From Tubulanus polymorphus (taxonomy: Eukaryota; Animalia; Nemertea): 61,914 bases of DNA. Below, piece after piece: positions 1 to 10,407 of this stretch. A program made the position numbers and the translations under genes. The notes below the pieces were generated by a model. The model was not told the origin of the DNA and did no database searches. It was given only the letters and a program-made list of their open reading frames with translations. The stretch covers positions 1-61,914 of the forward strand of contig NW_027437475.1 in assembly GCF_964204645.1 (NCBI RefSeq), written 5' to 3'. The stretch's first letter is position 1, and each line of letters begins with the position of its first letter.

Positions 1-3000
1 GGGGAATATTTGATACGAAAACGTCTTTTCTCGCGCTGAACGACGTTTTCGGGTCGAAAAGTGCTTTTCCTGACGATTTGAGCGCTTTTACGCATCGACT
101 TACGAAACGTCTTTTTGAACGACGTTTTCGGGTCGAAAAGTGCTTTTCCTGACGATTTGAGCGCTTTTACGCATCGACATTGTCGTTTTTCCGATAGGGG
201 GAATATTTGATACGAAAACGTCTTTTCTCGCGCTGAACGACGTTTTCGGGTCGAAATGTGCTTTTCCTGACGATTTGAGCGCTTTTACGCATCGACATTG
301 TCGTTTTCGATAACGACGTTTTCGGGTCGAAAAGTGCTTTTCCTGACGATTTGAGCGCTTTTACGCATCGACATTGTCGTTTTTCACGATTTGAGCGCTT
401 TTACGCATCGACATTGTCGTTTTTCCGATAGGGGGAATATTTGATACGAAAACGTCTTTTCTCGCGCTGAACGACGTTTTCGGGTCGAAAAGTGCTTTTC
501 CTGACGATTTGAGCGCTTTTACGCATCGACATTGTCGTTTTTCCGATAGGGGGAATATTTGATACGAAAACGTCTTTTCTCGCGCTGAACGACGTTTTCG
601 GGTCGAAAAGTGCTTTTCCTGACGATTTGAGCGCTTTTACGCATCGACATTGTCGTTTTTCCGATAGGGGGAATATTTGATACGAAAACGTCTTTTCTCG
701 CGCTGAACGACGTTTTCGGGTCGAAAAGTGCTTTTCCTGACGATTTGAGCGCTTTTACGCATCGACATTGTCGTTTTTCCGATAGGGGGAATATTTGATA
801 CGAAAACGTCTTTTCTCGCGCTGAACGACGTTTTCGGGTCGAAAAGTGCTTTTCCTGACGATTTGAGCGCTTTTACGCATCGACATTGTCGTTTTTCCGA
901 TAGGGGGAATATTTGATACGAAAACGTCTTTTCTCGCGCTGAACGACGTTTTCGGGTCGAAAAGTGCTTTTCCTGACGATTTGAGCGCTTTTACGCATCG
1001 ACATTGTCGTTTTTCCGATAGGGGGAATATTTGATACGAAAACGTCTTTTCTCGCGCTGAACGACGTTTTCGGGTCGAAAAGTGCTTTTCCTGACGATTT
1101 GAGCGCTTTTACGCATCGACATTGTCGTTTTTCCGATAGGGGGAATATTTGATACGAAAACGTCTTTTCTCGCGCTGAACGACGTTTTCGGGTCGAAAAG
1201 TGCTTTTCCTGACGATTTGAGCGCTTTTACGCATCGACATTGTCGTTTTTCCGATAGGGGGAATATTTGATACGAAAACGTCTTTTCTCGCGCTGAACGA
1301 CGTTTTCGGGTCGAAAAGTGCTTTTCCTGACGATTTGAGCGCTTTTACGCATCGACATTGTCGTTTTTCCGATAGGGGGAATATTTGATACGAAAACGTC
1401 TTTTCTCGCGCTGAACGACGTTTTCGGAGCGAAAAGTGCTTTTCCTGACGATTTGAGCGCTTTTACGCATCGACATTGTCGTTTTTCCGATAGGGGGAAT
1501 ATTTGATACGAAAACGTCTTTTCTCGCGCTGAACGACGTTTTCGGAGCGAAAAGTGCTTTTCCTGACGATTTGAGCGCTTTTACGCATCGACATTGTCGT
1601 TTTTCCGATAGGGGGAATATTTGATACGAAAACGTCTTTTCTCGCGCTGAACGACGTTTTCGGGTCGAAAAGTGCTTTTCCTGACGATTTGAGCGCTTTT
1701 ACGCATCGACATTGTCGTTTTTCCGATAGGGGGAATATTTGATACGAAAACGTCTTTTCTCGCGCTGAACGACGTTTTCGGGTCGAAAAGTGCTTTTCCT
1801 GACGATTTGAGCGCTTTTACGCATCGACATTGTCGTTTTTCCGATAGGGGGAATATTTGATACGAAAACGTCTTTTCTCGCGCTGAACGACGTTTTCGGG
1901 TCGAAAAGTGCTTTTCCTGACGATTTGAGCGCTTTTACGCATCGACATTGTCGTTTTTCCGATAGGGGGAATATTTGATACGAAAACGTCTTTTCTCGCG
2001 CTGAACGACGTTTTCGGGTCGAAAAGTGCTTTTCCTGACGATTTGAGCGCTTTTACGCATCGACATTGTCGTTTTTCCGATAGGGGGAATATTTGATACG
2101 AAAACGTCTTTTCTCGCGCTGAACGACGTTTTCGGGTCGAAAAGTGCTTTTCCTGACGATTTGAGCGCTTTTACGCATCGACATTGTCGTTTTTCCGATA
2201 GGGGGAATATTTGATACGAAAACGTCTTTTCTCGCGCTGAACGACGTTTTCGGGTCGAAAAGTGCTTTTCCTGACGATTTGAGCGCTTTTACGCATCGAC
2301 ATTGTCGTTTTTCCGATAGGGGGAATATTTGATACGAAAACGTCTTTTCTCGCGCTGAACGACGTTTTCGGGTCGAAAAGTGCTTTTCCTGACGATTTGA
2401 GCGCTTTTACGCATCGACATTGTCGTTTTTCCGATAGGGGGAATATTTGATACGAAAACGTCTTTTCTCGCGCTGAACGACGTTTTCGGGTCGAAAAGTG
2501 CTTTTCCTGACGATTTGAGCGCTTTTACGCATCGACATTGTCGTTTTTCCGATAGGGGGAATATTTGATACGAAAACGTCTTTTCTCGCGCTGAACGACG
2601 TTTTCGGGTCGAAAAGTGCTTTTCCTGACGATTTGAGCGCTTTTACGCATCGACATTGTCGTTTTTCCGATAGGGGGAATATTTGATACGAAAACGTCTT
2701 TTCTCGCGCTGAACGACGTTTTCGGGTCGAAAAGTGCTTTTCCTGACGATTTGAGCGCTTTTACGCATCGACATTGTCGTTTTTCCGATAGGGGGAATAT
2801 TTGATACGAAAACGTCTTTTCTCGCGCTGAACGACGTTTTCGGGTCGAAAAGTGCTTTTCCTGACGATTTGAGCGCTTTTACGCATCGACATTGTCGTTT
2901 TTCCGATAGGGGGAATATTTGATACGAAAACGTCTTTTCTCGCGCTGAACGACGTTTTCGGGTCGAAAAGTGCTTTTCCTGACGATTTGAGCGCTTTTAC

Positions 3001-6000
3001 GCATCGACATTGTCGTTTTTCCGATAGGGGGAATATTTGATACGAAAACGTCTTTTCTCGCGCTGAACGACGTTTTCGGGTCGAAAAGTGCTTTTCCTGA
3101 CGATTTGAGCGCTTTTACGCATCGACATTGTCGTTTTTCCGATAGGGGGAATATTTGATACGAAAACGTCTTTTCTCGCGCTGAACGACGTTTTCGGGTC
3201 GAAAAGTGCTTTTCCTGACGATTTGAGCGCTTTTACGCATCGACATTGTCGTTTTTCCGATAGGGGGAATATTTGATACGAAAACGTCTTTTCTCGCGCT
3301 GAACGACGTTTTCGGGTCGAAAAGTGCTTTTCCTGACGATTTGAGCGCTTTTACGCATCGACATTGTCGTTTTTCCGATAGGGGGAATATTTGATACGAA
3401 AACGTCTTTTCTCGCGCTGAACGACGTTTTCGGGTCGAAAAGTGCTTTTCCTGACGATTTGAGCGCTTTTACGCATCGACATTGTCGTTTTTCCGATAGG
3501 GGGAATATTTGATACGAAAACGTCTTTTCTCGCGCTGAACGACGTTTTCGGGTCGAAAAGTGCTTTTCCTGACGATTTGAGCGCTTTTACGCATCGACAT
3601 TGTCGTTTTTCCGATAGGGGGAATATTTGATACGAAAACGTCTTTTCTCGCGCTGAACGACGTTTTCGGGTCGAAAAGTGCTTTTCCTGACGATTTGAGC
3701 GCTTTTACGCATCGACATTGTCGTTTTTCCGATAGGGGGAATATTTGATACGAAAACGTCTTTTCTCGCGCTGAACGACGTTTTCGGGTCGAAAAGTGCT
3801 TTTCCTGACGATTTGAGCGCTTTTACGCATCGACATTGTCGTTTTTCCGATAGGGGGAATATTTGATACGAAAACGTCTTTTCTCGCGCTGAACGACGTT
3901 TTCGGGTCGAAAAGTGCTTTTCCTGACGATTTGAGCGCTTTTACGCATCGACATTGTCGTTTTCCGATAGGGGGAATATTTGATACGAAAACGTCTTTTC
4001 TCGCGCTGAACGACGTTTTCGGAGCGAAAAGTGCTTTTCCTGACGATTTGAGCGCTTTTACGCATCGACATTGTCGTTTTTCCGATAGGGGGAATATTTG
4101 ATACGAAAACGTCTTTTCTCGCGCTGAACGACGTTTTCGGGTCGAAAAGTGCTTTTCCTGACGATTTGAGCGCTTTTACGCATCGACATTGTCGTTTTTC
4201 CGATAGGGGGAATATTTGATACGAAAACGTCTTTTCTCGCGCTGAACGACGTTTTCGGGTCGAAAAGTGCTTTTCCTGACGATTTGAGCGCTTTTACGCA
4301 TCGACATTGTCGTTTTTCCGATAGGGGGAATATTTGATACGAAAACGTCTTTTCTCGCGCTGAACGACGTTTTCGGAGCGAAAAGTGCTTTTCCTGACGA
4401 TTTGAGCGCTTTTACGCATCGACATTGTCGTTTTTCCGATAGGGGGAATATTTGATACGAAAACGTCTTTTCTCGCGCTGAACGACGTTTTCGGGTCGAA
4501 AAGTGCTTTTCCTGACGATTTGAGCGCTTTTACGCATCGACATTGTCGTTTTTCCGATAGGGGGAATATTTGATACGGAAAACGTCTTTTCTCGCGCTGA
4601 ACGACGTTTTCGGGTCGAAAAGTGCTTTTCCTGACGATTTGAGCGCTTTTACGCATCGACATTGTCGTTTTTCCGATAGGGGGAATATTTGATACGAAAA
4701 CGTCTTTTCTCGCGCTGAACGACGTTTTCGGGTCGAAAAGTGCTTTTCCTGACGATTTGAGCGCTTTTACGCATCGACATTGTCGTTTTTCCGATAGGGG
4801 GAATATTTGATACGAAAACGTCTTTTCTCGCGCTGAACGACGTTTTCGGGTCGAAAAGTGCTTTTCCTGACGATTTGAGCGCTTTTACGCATCGACATTG
4901 TCGTTTTTCCGATAGGGGGAATATTTGATACGAAAACGTCTTTTCTCGCGCTGAACGACGTTTTCGGGTCGAAAAGTGCTTTTCCTGACGATTTGAGCGC
5001 TTTTACGCATCGACATTGTCGTTTTTCCGATAGGGGGAATATTTGATACGAAAACGTCTTTTCTCGCGCTGAACGACGTTTTCGGGTCGAAAAGTGCTTT
5101 TCCTGACGATTTGAGCGCTTTTACGCATCGACATTGTCGTTTTTCCGATAGGGGGAATATTTGATACGAAAACGTCTTTTCTCGCGCTGAACGACGTTTT
5201 CGGGTCGAAAAGTGCTTTTCCTGACGATTTGAGCGCTTTTACGCATCGACATTGTCGTTTTTCCGATAGGGGGAATATTTGATACGAAAACGTCTTTTCT
5301 CGCGCTGAACGACGTTTTCGGGTCGAAAAGTGCTTTTCCTGACGATTTGAGCGCTTTTACGCATCGACATTGTCGTTTTTCCGATAGGGGGAATATTTGA
5401 TACGAAAACGTCTTTTCTCGCGCTGAACGACGTTTTCGGAGCGAAAAGTGCTTTTCCTGACGATTTGAGCGCTTTTACGCATCGACATTGTCGTTTTTCC
5501 GATAGGGGGAATATTTGATACGAAAACGTCTTTTCTCGCGCTGAACGACGTTTTCGGGTCGAAAAGTGCTTTTCCTGACGATTTGAGCGCTTTTACGCAT
5601 CGACATTGTCGTTTTTCCGATAGGGGGAATATTTGATACGAAAACGTCTTTTCTCGCGCTGAACGACGTTTTCGGGTCGAAAAGTGCTTTTCCTGACGAT
5701 TTGAGCGCTTTTACGCATCGACATTGTCGTTTTTCCGATAGGGGGAATATTTGATACGAAAACGTCTTTTCTCGCGCTGAACGACGTTTTCGGGTCGAAA
5801 AGTGCTTTTCCTGACGATTTGAGCGCTTTTACGCATCGACATTGTCGTTTTTCCGATAGGGGGAATATTTGATACGAAAACGTCTTTTCTCGCGCTGAAC
5901 GACGTTTTCGGGTCGAAAAGTGCTTTTCCTGACGATTTGAGCGCTTTTACGCATCGACATTGTCGTTTTTCCGATAGGGGGAATATTTGATACGAAAACG

Positions 6001-7061
6001 TCTTTTCTCGCGCTGAACGACGTTTTCGGGTCGAAATGTGCTTTTCCTGACGATTTGAGCGCTTTTACGCATCGACATTGTCGTTTTTCCGATAGGGGGA
6101 ATATTTGATACGAAAACGTCTTTTCTCGCGCTGAACGACGTTTTCGGGTCGAAAAGTGCTTTTCCTGACGATTTGAGCGCTTTTACGCATCGACATTGTC
6201 GTTTTTCCGATAGGGGGAATATTTGATACGAAAACGTCTTTTCTCGCGCTGAACGACGTTTTCGGGTCGAAAAGTGCTTTTCCTGACGATTTGAGCGCTT
6301 TTACGCATCGACATTGTCGTTTTTCCGATAGGGGGAATATTTGATACGAAAACGTCTTTTCTCGCGCTGAACGACGTTTTCGGGTCGAAAAGTGCTTTTC
6401 CTGACGATTTGAGCGCTTTTACGCATCGACATTGTCGTTTTTCCGATAGGGGGAATATTTGATACGAAAACGTCTTTTCTCGCGCTGAACGACGTTTTCG
6501 GGTCGAAATGTGCTTTTCCTGACGATTTGAGCGCTTTTACGCATCGACATTGTCGTTTTTCCGATAGGGGGAATATTTGATACGAAAACGTCTTTTCTCG
6601 CGCTGAACGACGTTTTCGGGTCGAAAAGTGCTTTTCCTGACGATTTGAGCGCTTTTACGCATCGACATTGTCGTTTTTCCGATAGGGGGAATATTTGATA
6701 CGAAAACGTCTTTTCTCGCGCTGAACGACGTTTTCGGGTCGAAATGTGCTTTTCCTGACGATTTGAGCGCTTTTACGCATCGACATTGTCGTTTTTCCGA
6801 TAGGGGGAATATTTGATACGAAAACGTCTTTTCTCGCGCTGAACGACGTTTTCGGGTCGAAAAGTGCTTTTCCTGACGATTTGAGCGCTTTTACGCATCG
6901 ACATTGTCGTTTTTCCGATAGGGGGAATATTTGATACGAAAACGTCTTTTCTCGCGCTGAACGACGTTTTCGGGTCGAAAAGTGCTTTTCCTGACGATTT
7001 GAGCGCTTTTACGCATCGACATTGTCGTTTTTCCGATAGGGGGAATATTTGATACGAAAAC
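1..7061. repeat. 118-bp tandem satellite array, left arm (~60 monomers)
   Basis: The monomer GATAGGGGGAATATTTGATACGAAAACGTCTTTTCTCGCGCTGAACGACGTTTTCGGGTCGAAAAGTGCTTTTCCTGACGATTTGAGCGCTTTTACGCATCGACATTGTCGTTTTTCC repeats head-to-tail. Only sparse GGAGCG and AAATGT variants occur. The first ~420 bp contains truncated monomers. Confidence 0.99.
7058..7061 (+). other. 4-bp target-site duplication AAAC (left copy; right copy 13406-13409)
   Basis: The junctions read GATACGA-AAAC|AACACG... and ...CGCGTT|AAAC-GTCTTTT, against an uninterrupted monomer GATACGAAAACGTCTTTT. Confidence 0.8.
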
Positions 7062-7500
7062 AACACGTTCCCAAATGTTTTGATACTTTCTCAGTTTGTA
7101 TCAAAAATATTGCCAATTTCTGGTCCTTGAGTCCTGAAAAATGATAAATTTACAGCGCAAAATCGTACAAACGTGTCAATTATACTTCTAAACACTTTAT
7201 TTGCGGACCAGTTTATGAATTGAACGTGGGCCATAGAGCGCTATATCCGCCTATGATCTCAACTTTCAATTTATTACGTAAGCTATTCGTGAACAAAATG
7301 CGGTCGGCGCACAATAGAAACTTCGCTCTATTTATTCTTTCATTACCGCCGACAAAGAGGACCGATATTTCGCAAATTGGATTCGGGAGGTTTAAACCTC
7401 CCAAGGTCAAATCACTAAAATTGTGACCTTCGTGGAGATTATCTAAAAAGCCGATGGTAATCAAATTTAGCATAACTTTTTACCCAAACGTTCAATGGCA
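7062..7500 (+). repeat. Left terminal inverted repeat (~430-440 bp)
   Basis: It aligns colinearly with the reverse complement of ~12965-13405. There are about 9 mismatches in the outer 117 bp, the interior is more diverged, and similarity fades near 7500. Confidence 0.92.
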
Positions 7501-7549
7501 TTCCTAAGTATTTGATGAAAGTTGAGAAATCATAAGATATTCATATAAC

Positions 7550-7586
7550 CATGGACTCTAAAACCTAAATCGTATAAGAGTCTCTG
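7550..7586. mobile_element. CATGG hairpin family copy
   Basis: CATGGACTCTAAAAC...AAGAGTCTCTG. The first 15 bp are identical to the 9329 copy. Flanks are ATATAAC / ATATAAA. Confidence 0.65.
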
Positions 7587-7898
7587 ATATAAAAAAAAAC
7601 TTCGCATAACGAAGAAGCAAAAATTCGAATCTGATTCATCTGTTTGGAATTGATTCTTATGAAATGGAAACAAATGCGTGAGCACCTACTCATTCATTCA
7701 ATTTACTTTGCGGCTTTACAACGGCTATTTCACTGGTTCTGCGTGATGAGATAATTCTGATTAAAGTTATTGTAATAATTTCTATATGTATATACGTAAT
7801 GATACTCTTTCTGAATAAAGGATGCACGTTATTCGAATCCCCACCATTGTTCTCTACAATGTACGTTAATCAAACTCACGATAAAACAGATCCAAAAC

Positions 7899-7925
7899 CA
7901 TGGACTCAAAAACAAAGAATCCGTG
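7899..7925. mobile_element. CATGG hairpin family copy (degenerate)
   Basis: CATGGACTCAAAAAC...GAATCCGTG. Flanks are CCAAAAC / GTCAAAC. Confidence 0.5.
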
Positions 7926-8073
7926 GTCAAACATACAATTCTAATTTCCCCGTTAGTTCACTGATGCCGCCATCGAATGCAAGGATTCTAGCCAATCAGA
8001 GAGGCGCATGTACACATCCATTGGCATGTTAGTTATAGTACAACTTAGACAATAATCAAGGTTCGAGCCAATG

Positions 8074-8116
8074 AACTAGAATATGTTCTTTCAACTAACT
8101 AGAATATGTTCTTTCA
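8074..8116 (+). repeat. Local tandem duplication (20-bp identity, period 23)
   Basis: AACTAGAATATGTTCTTTCA at 8074-8093 and 8097-8116. Confidence 0.9.
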
Positions 8117-9328
8117 TCGAATACAAATAACTCAGTAGTAGTCAGTTAGTTGAGTTTGTTTGACTTGATTTGTATTTCATCAATCAATCTATTTCATTTT
8201 ATTTTAAAGTACAAACTAAACGCTTGAATTGCTTATAACACGACCAGGTATGAATTAGAATAGATCGGCTTAATATTTCGAATGCAAATTTGGCGTTTAA
8301 GCAATCGGAAATTCGAAGTGCTTGAGAAATTTTTCAATACGCACATTACTTCGAATAGCGATAAGTTCATTGACACATGTGACCATTGTTTTGTTACTTT
8401 CGATAGCTAGTCGAATAAGCTATGGGACAGCTAACGACAGCACAATCGCAATATCAACAGAAGTTCATTTTATCCTACATGATGAGGCTAAATTCAGTGA
8501 AATCGATCGTGTTCTGAAATATATATTTTCCTGGATACATGTTGTTCATTGTAGCTATTCTATGCGGTTTTACATTAACCTGCTATAACATATTGACCGT
8601 TTTCAAGAACCCAAAAATTACAATTTGCTGGGAATCTGTTTTTTTTCAAAAACAACCCAAACCCGAAATTGTGTACAGTTAGTACGCAGCGTATATAATG
8701 TCGGATTAGAGAATATTGAAAAAACTTTAAAAAAAGTTGAGTGAAGGGAAATAAGCTCAGCAGTGACAAATTGTCATTTCTACCCTTCACGTGATTAATT
8801 GATGTCCAAATATGTTCTACCGTGAAAACTCTGCATTTAGCATCAAACGAATTTTTGTATACGTATCTCAGGATGCATGCTCTTCAAAAAGGTAGCCTAT
8901 TAGGAAAAAACTTACCCGGTAAAATCCTAATTTGTCCTAAACGATATTCCAACTATTATTTTGTTAATTATTCAACTATCATCACTAACTGGGTAAGTTA
9001 GTTGAACTTACATAAAGATATATCATTAGGGACACTTCAATTTCACACCATTCAATATCATAAGGGAACAAAATTCTTTGAAACTTGGTTAATGGTAGTT
9101 CTTAAGACTAGGTTTTGTTTCCGGAATTTACTAAATGTACCAATTCTAATAATTCACTCATTGAAGCTTCTATACATTAGAAGCGAAAGCTCGTGCGTCG
9201 AAATAAATAGTTAACCTTTAAAGTACTACTTGTCTCTTCATTTAAATTCAAAATATAAGTCTTTATTGATTCTTTTTTGTTGGAATATGCATAACTTTTT
9301 CTGGGCAAATTTCTATATTCTGTCAAGT

Positions 9329-9375
9329 CATGGACTCTAAAACGATTTAGACATTAAAGCGTTTTAGAGTCCATG
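9329..9375. mobile_element. 47-bp CATGG hairpin (mini-TIR element or excision footprint), best-preserved copy
   Basis: Perfect 16-bp arms CATGGACTCTAAAACG / CGTTTTAGAGTCCATG around a 15-bp spacer. Flanks are GTCAAGT / GTCAAGG. Confidence 0.75.
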
Positions 9376-9503
9376 GTCAAGGTATTTTGGCTATAACGAA
9401 TATAACTAACTCCCTGGGGCAACGATGTGGCTGATGAAATGATCTCTCCCATTGTAATCCCACCATTTAATTACTCATTGTATAACAACTCTCACAATTA
9501 AGC

Positions 9504-9534
9504 CTCGGACTCTTAAACGAATTATGAGTGCATG
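9504..9534. mobile_element. CATGG hairpin family copy (strongly degenerate)
   Basis: CTCGGACTCTTAAACG...GAGTGCATG. Flanks ATTAAGC / CTTTAGT match at only 4/7 positions. Confidence 0.4.
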
Positions 9535-10091
9535 CTTTAGTATAGGCTCTGATATAGAGCATATTGTCTTGATTTAGAACATGTATGCATAAACTCTAGG
9601 CTGCAAAGAAATACGTTTTCAGCGGCTCTAATCGAGTTAAATCTTTCGTGATAGATTAACACAGAGAGGCGGCACCCAATCGCTGCTTATTGACATTAGG
9701 CACAAGCCACTGTTATGTTCATTAGTAAAACTAATATAGAATGAATAAGTGAGGAGGGAAAATGTATAAATTAAATTTATAAATGAATTTATAAGAATTT
9801 AGCATGCATCGGAGTGCACTTAAATTGGATTATTACAAAATAACTCACTTCAAAATTTATGATATTGTTTCATTGATATTTATTACTTTAAAGCAATTCA
9901 CTTTAAGAACTTTGGTCAACAATAAGTCTGACCTGCAAATCAAATCATCGGGAGACCAAATATTGTTTCAAAAAATTATATTGCTAATACATTCCTAATC
10001 TTAACCTTTCGCCATAAACCTACTGAATTTAGGGCCTGGGGCATTTTAGATGGTTGTAGGTAAAAATCCCCTAGGTAAAATCCTCACTTGG

Positions 10092-10204
10092 CGATTTTTC
10101 AAGAACATTTGAAAGCACGATATTTATTCAAACATATTCATCCACAATACAACTGCAATATATTTAACTGTGCATTGATCTCTTTTGTTGAAATAAATCT
10201 TTAA
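10092..10204 (+). pseudogene. Possible decayed Penelope-like GIY-YIG endonuclease C-terminal fragment
   Basis: Manual translation gives RF/(frameshift)QEHLKARYLFKHIHPQ..., resembling the R-x-x-EH...H...H segment of PLE endonucleases. It lies ~170-280 bp upstream of the hammerhead core on the same strand. The match is short and weak. Confidence 0.25.
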
Positions 10205-10237
10205 ATAAATTCATAGAATAAATGAAATTAATGAACT

Positions 10238-10282
10238 TTTTATTCATACTATCTTTTCATAATTTTATTCATACTATCTTTT
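10238..10282 (+). repeat. Local tandem duplication (20-bp identity, period 25)
   Basis: TTTTATTCATACTATCTTTT at 10238-10257 and 10263-10282. Confidence 0.9.
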
Positions 10283-10361
10283 AATTCGAACTAAATAACT
10301 CTTTTTAACTTGTGGTATAGTATGCTTATGATATGGATTCGATTTACGTATCAATATTTTC

Positions 10362-10407
10362 ATGTTGACGGGGGCCTGATGATGGCTAATAGCATTAGCC
10401 GAAACAT
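10362..10407 (+). ncRNA. Hammerhead ribozyme-like core (Penelope-type minimal HHR)
   Basis: CTGATGA (10376-10382), then T, a 7-bp stem II GGCTAAT-agc-ATTAGCC, then GAAAC. Upstream ATGT can pair with the downstream ACAT. Stem I is poor. Confidence 0.6.

Noticed and set aside
781-898. CENP-B box in the monomer
   Set aside because: The TTCG-N4-A-N2-CGGG spacing is not found on either strand.
7825-7846. TTCGAATCCCCACCA resembling a tRNA T-arm and CCA end
   Set aside because: There is no T-stem pairing and no upstream cloverleaf.
8020-8070. GGTTCGAGCC Pol III B-box (SINE/tRNA)
   Set aside because: There is no convincing A-box at the right spacing, and no tail or TSD.
9431-9450. Second CTGATGA hammerhead box
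   Set aside because: No stem II or downstream GAAA box is present.
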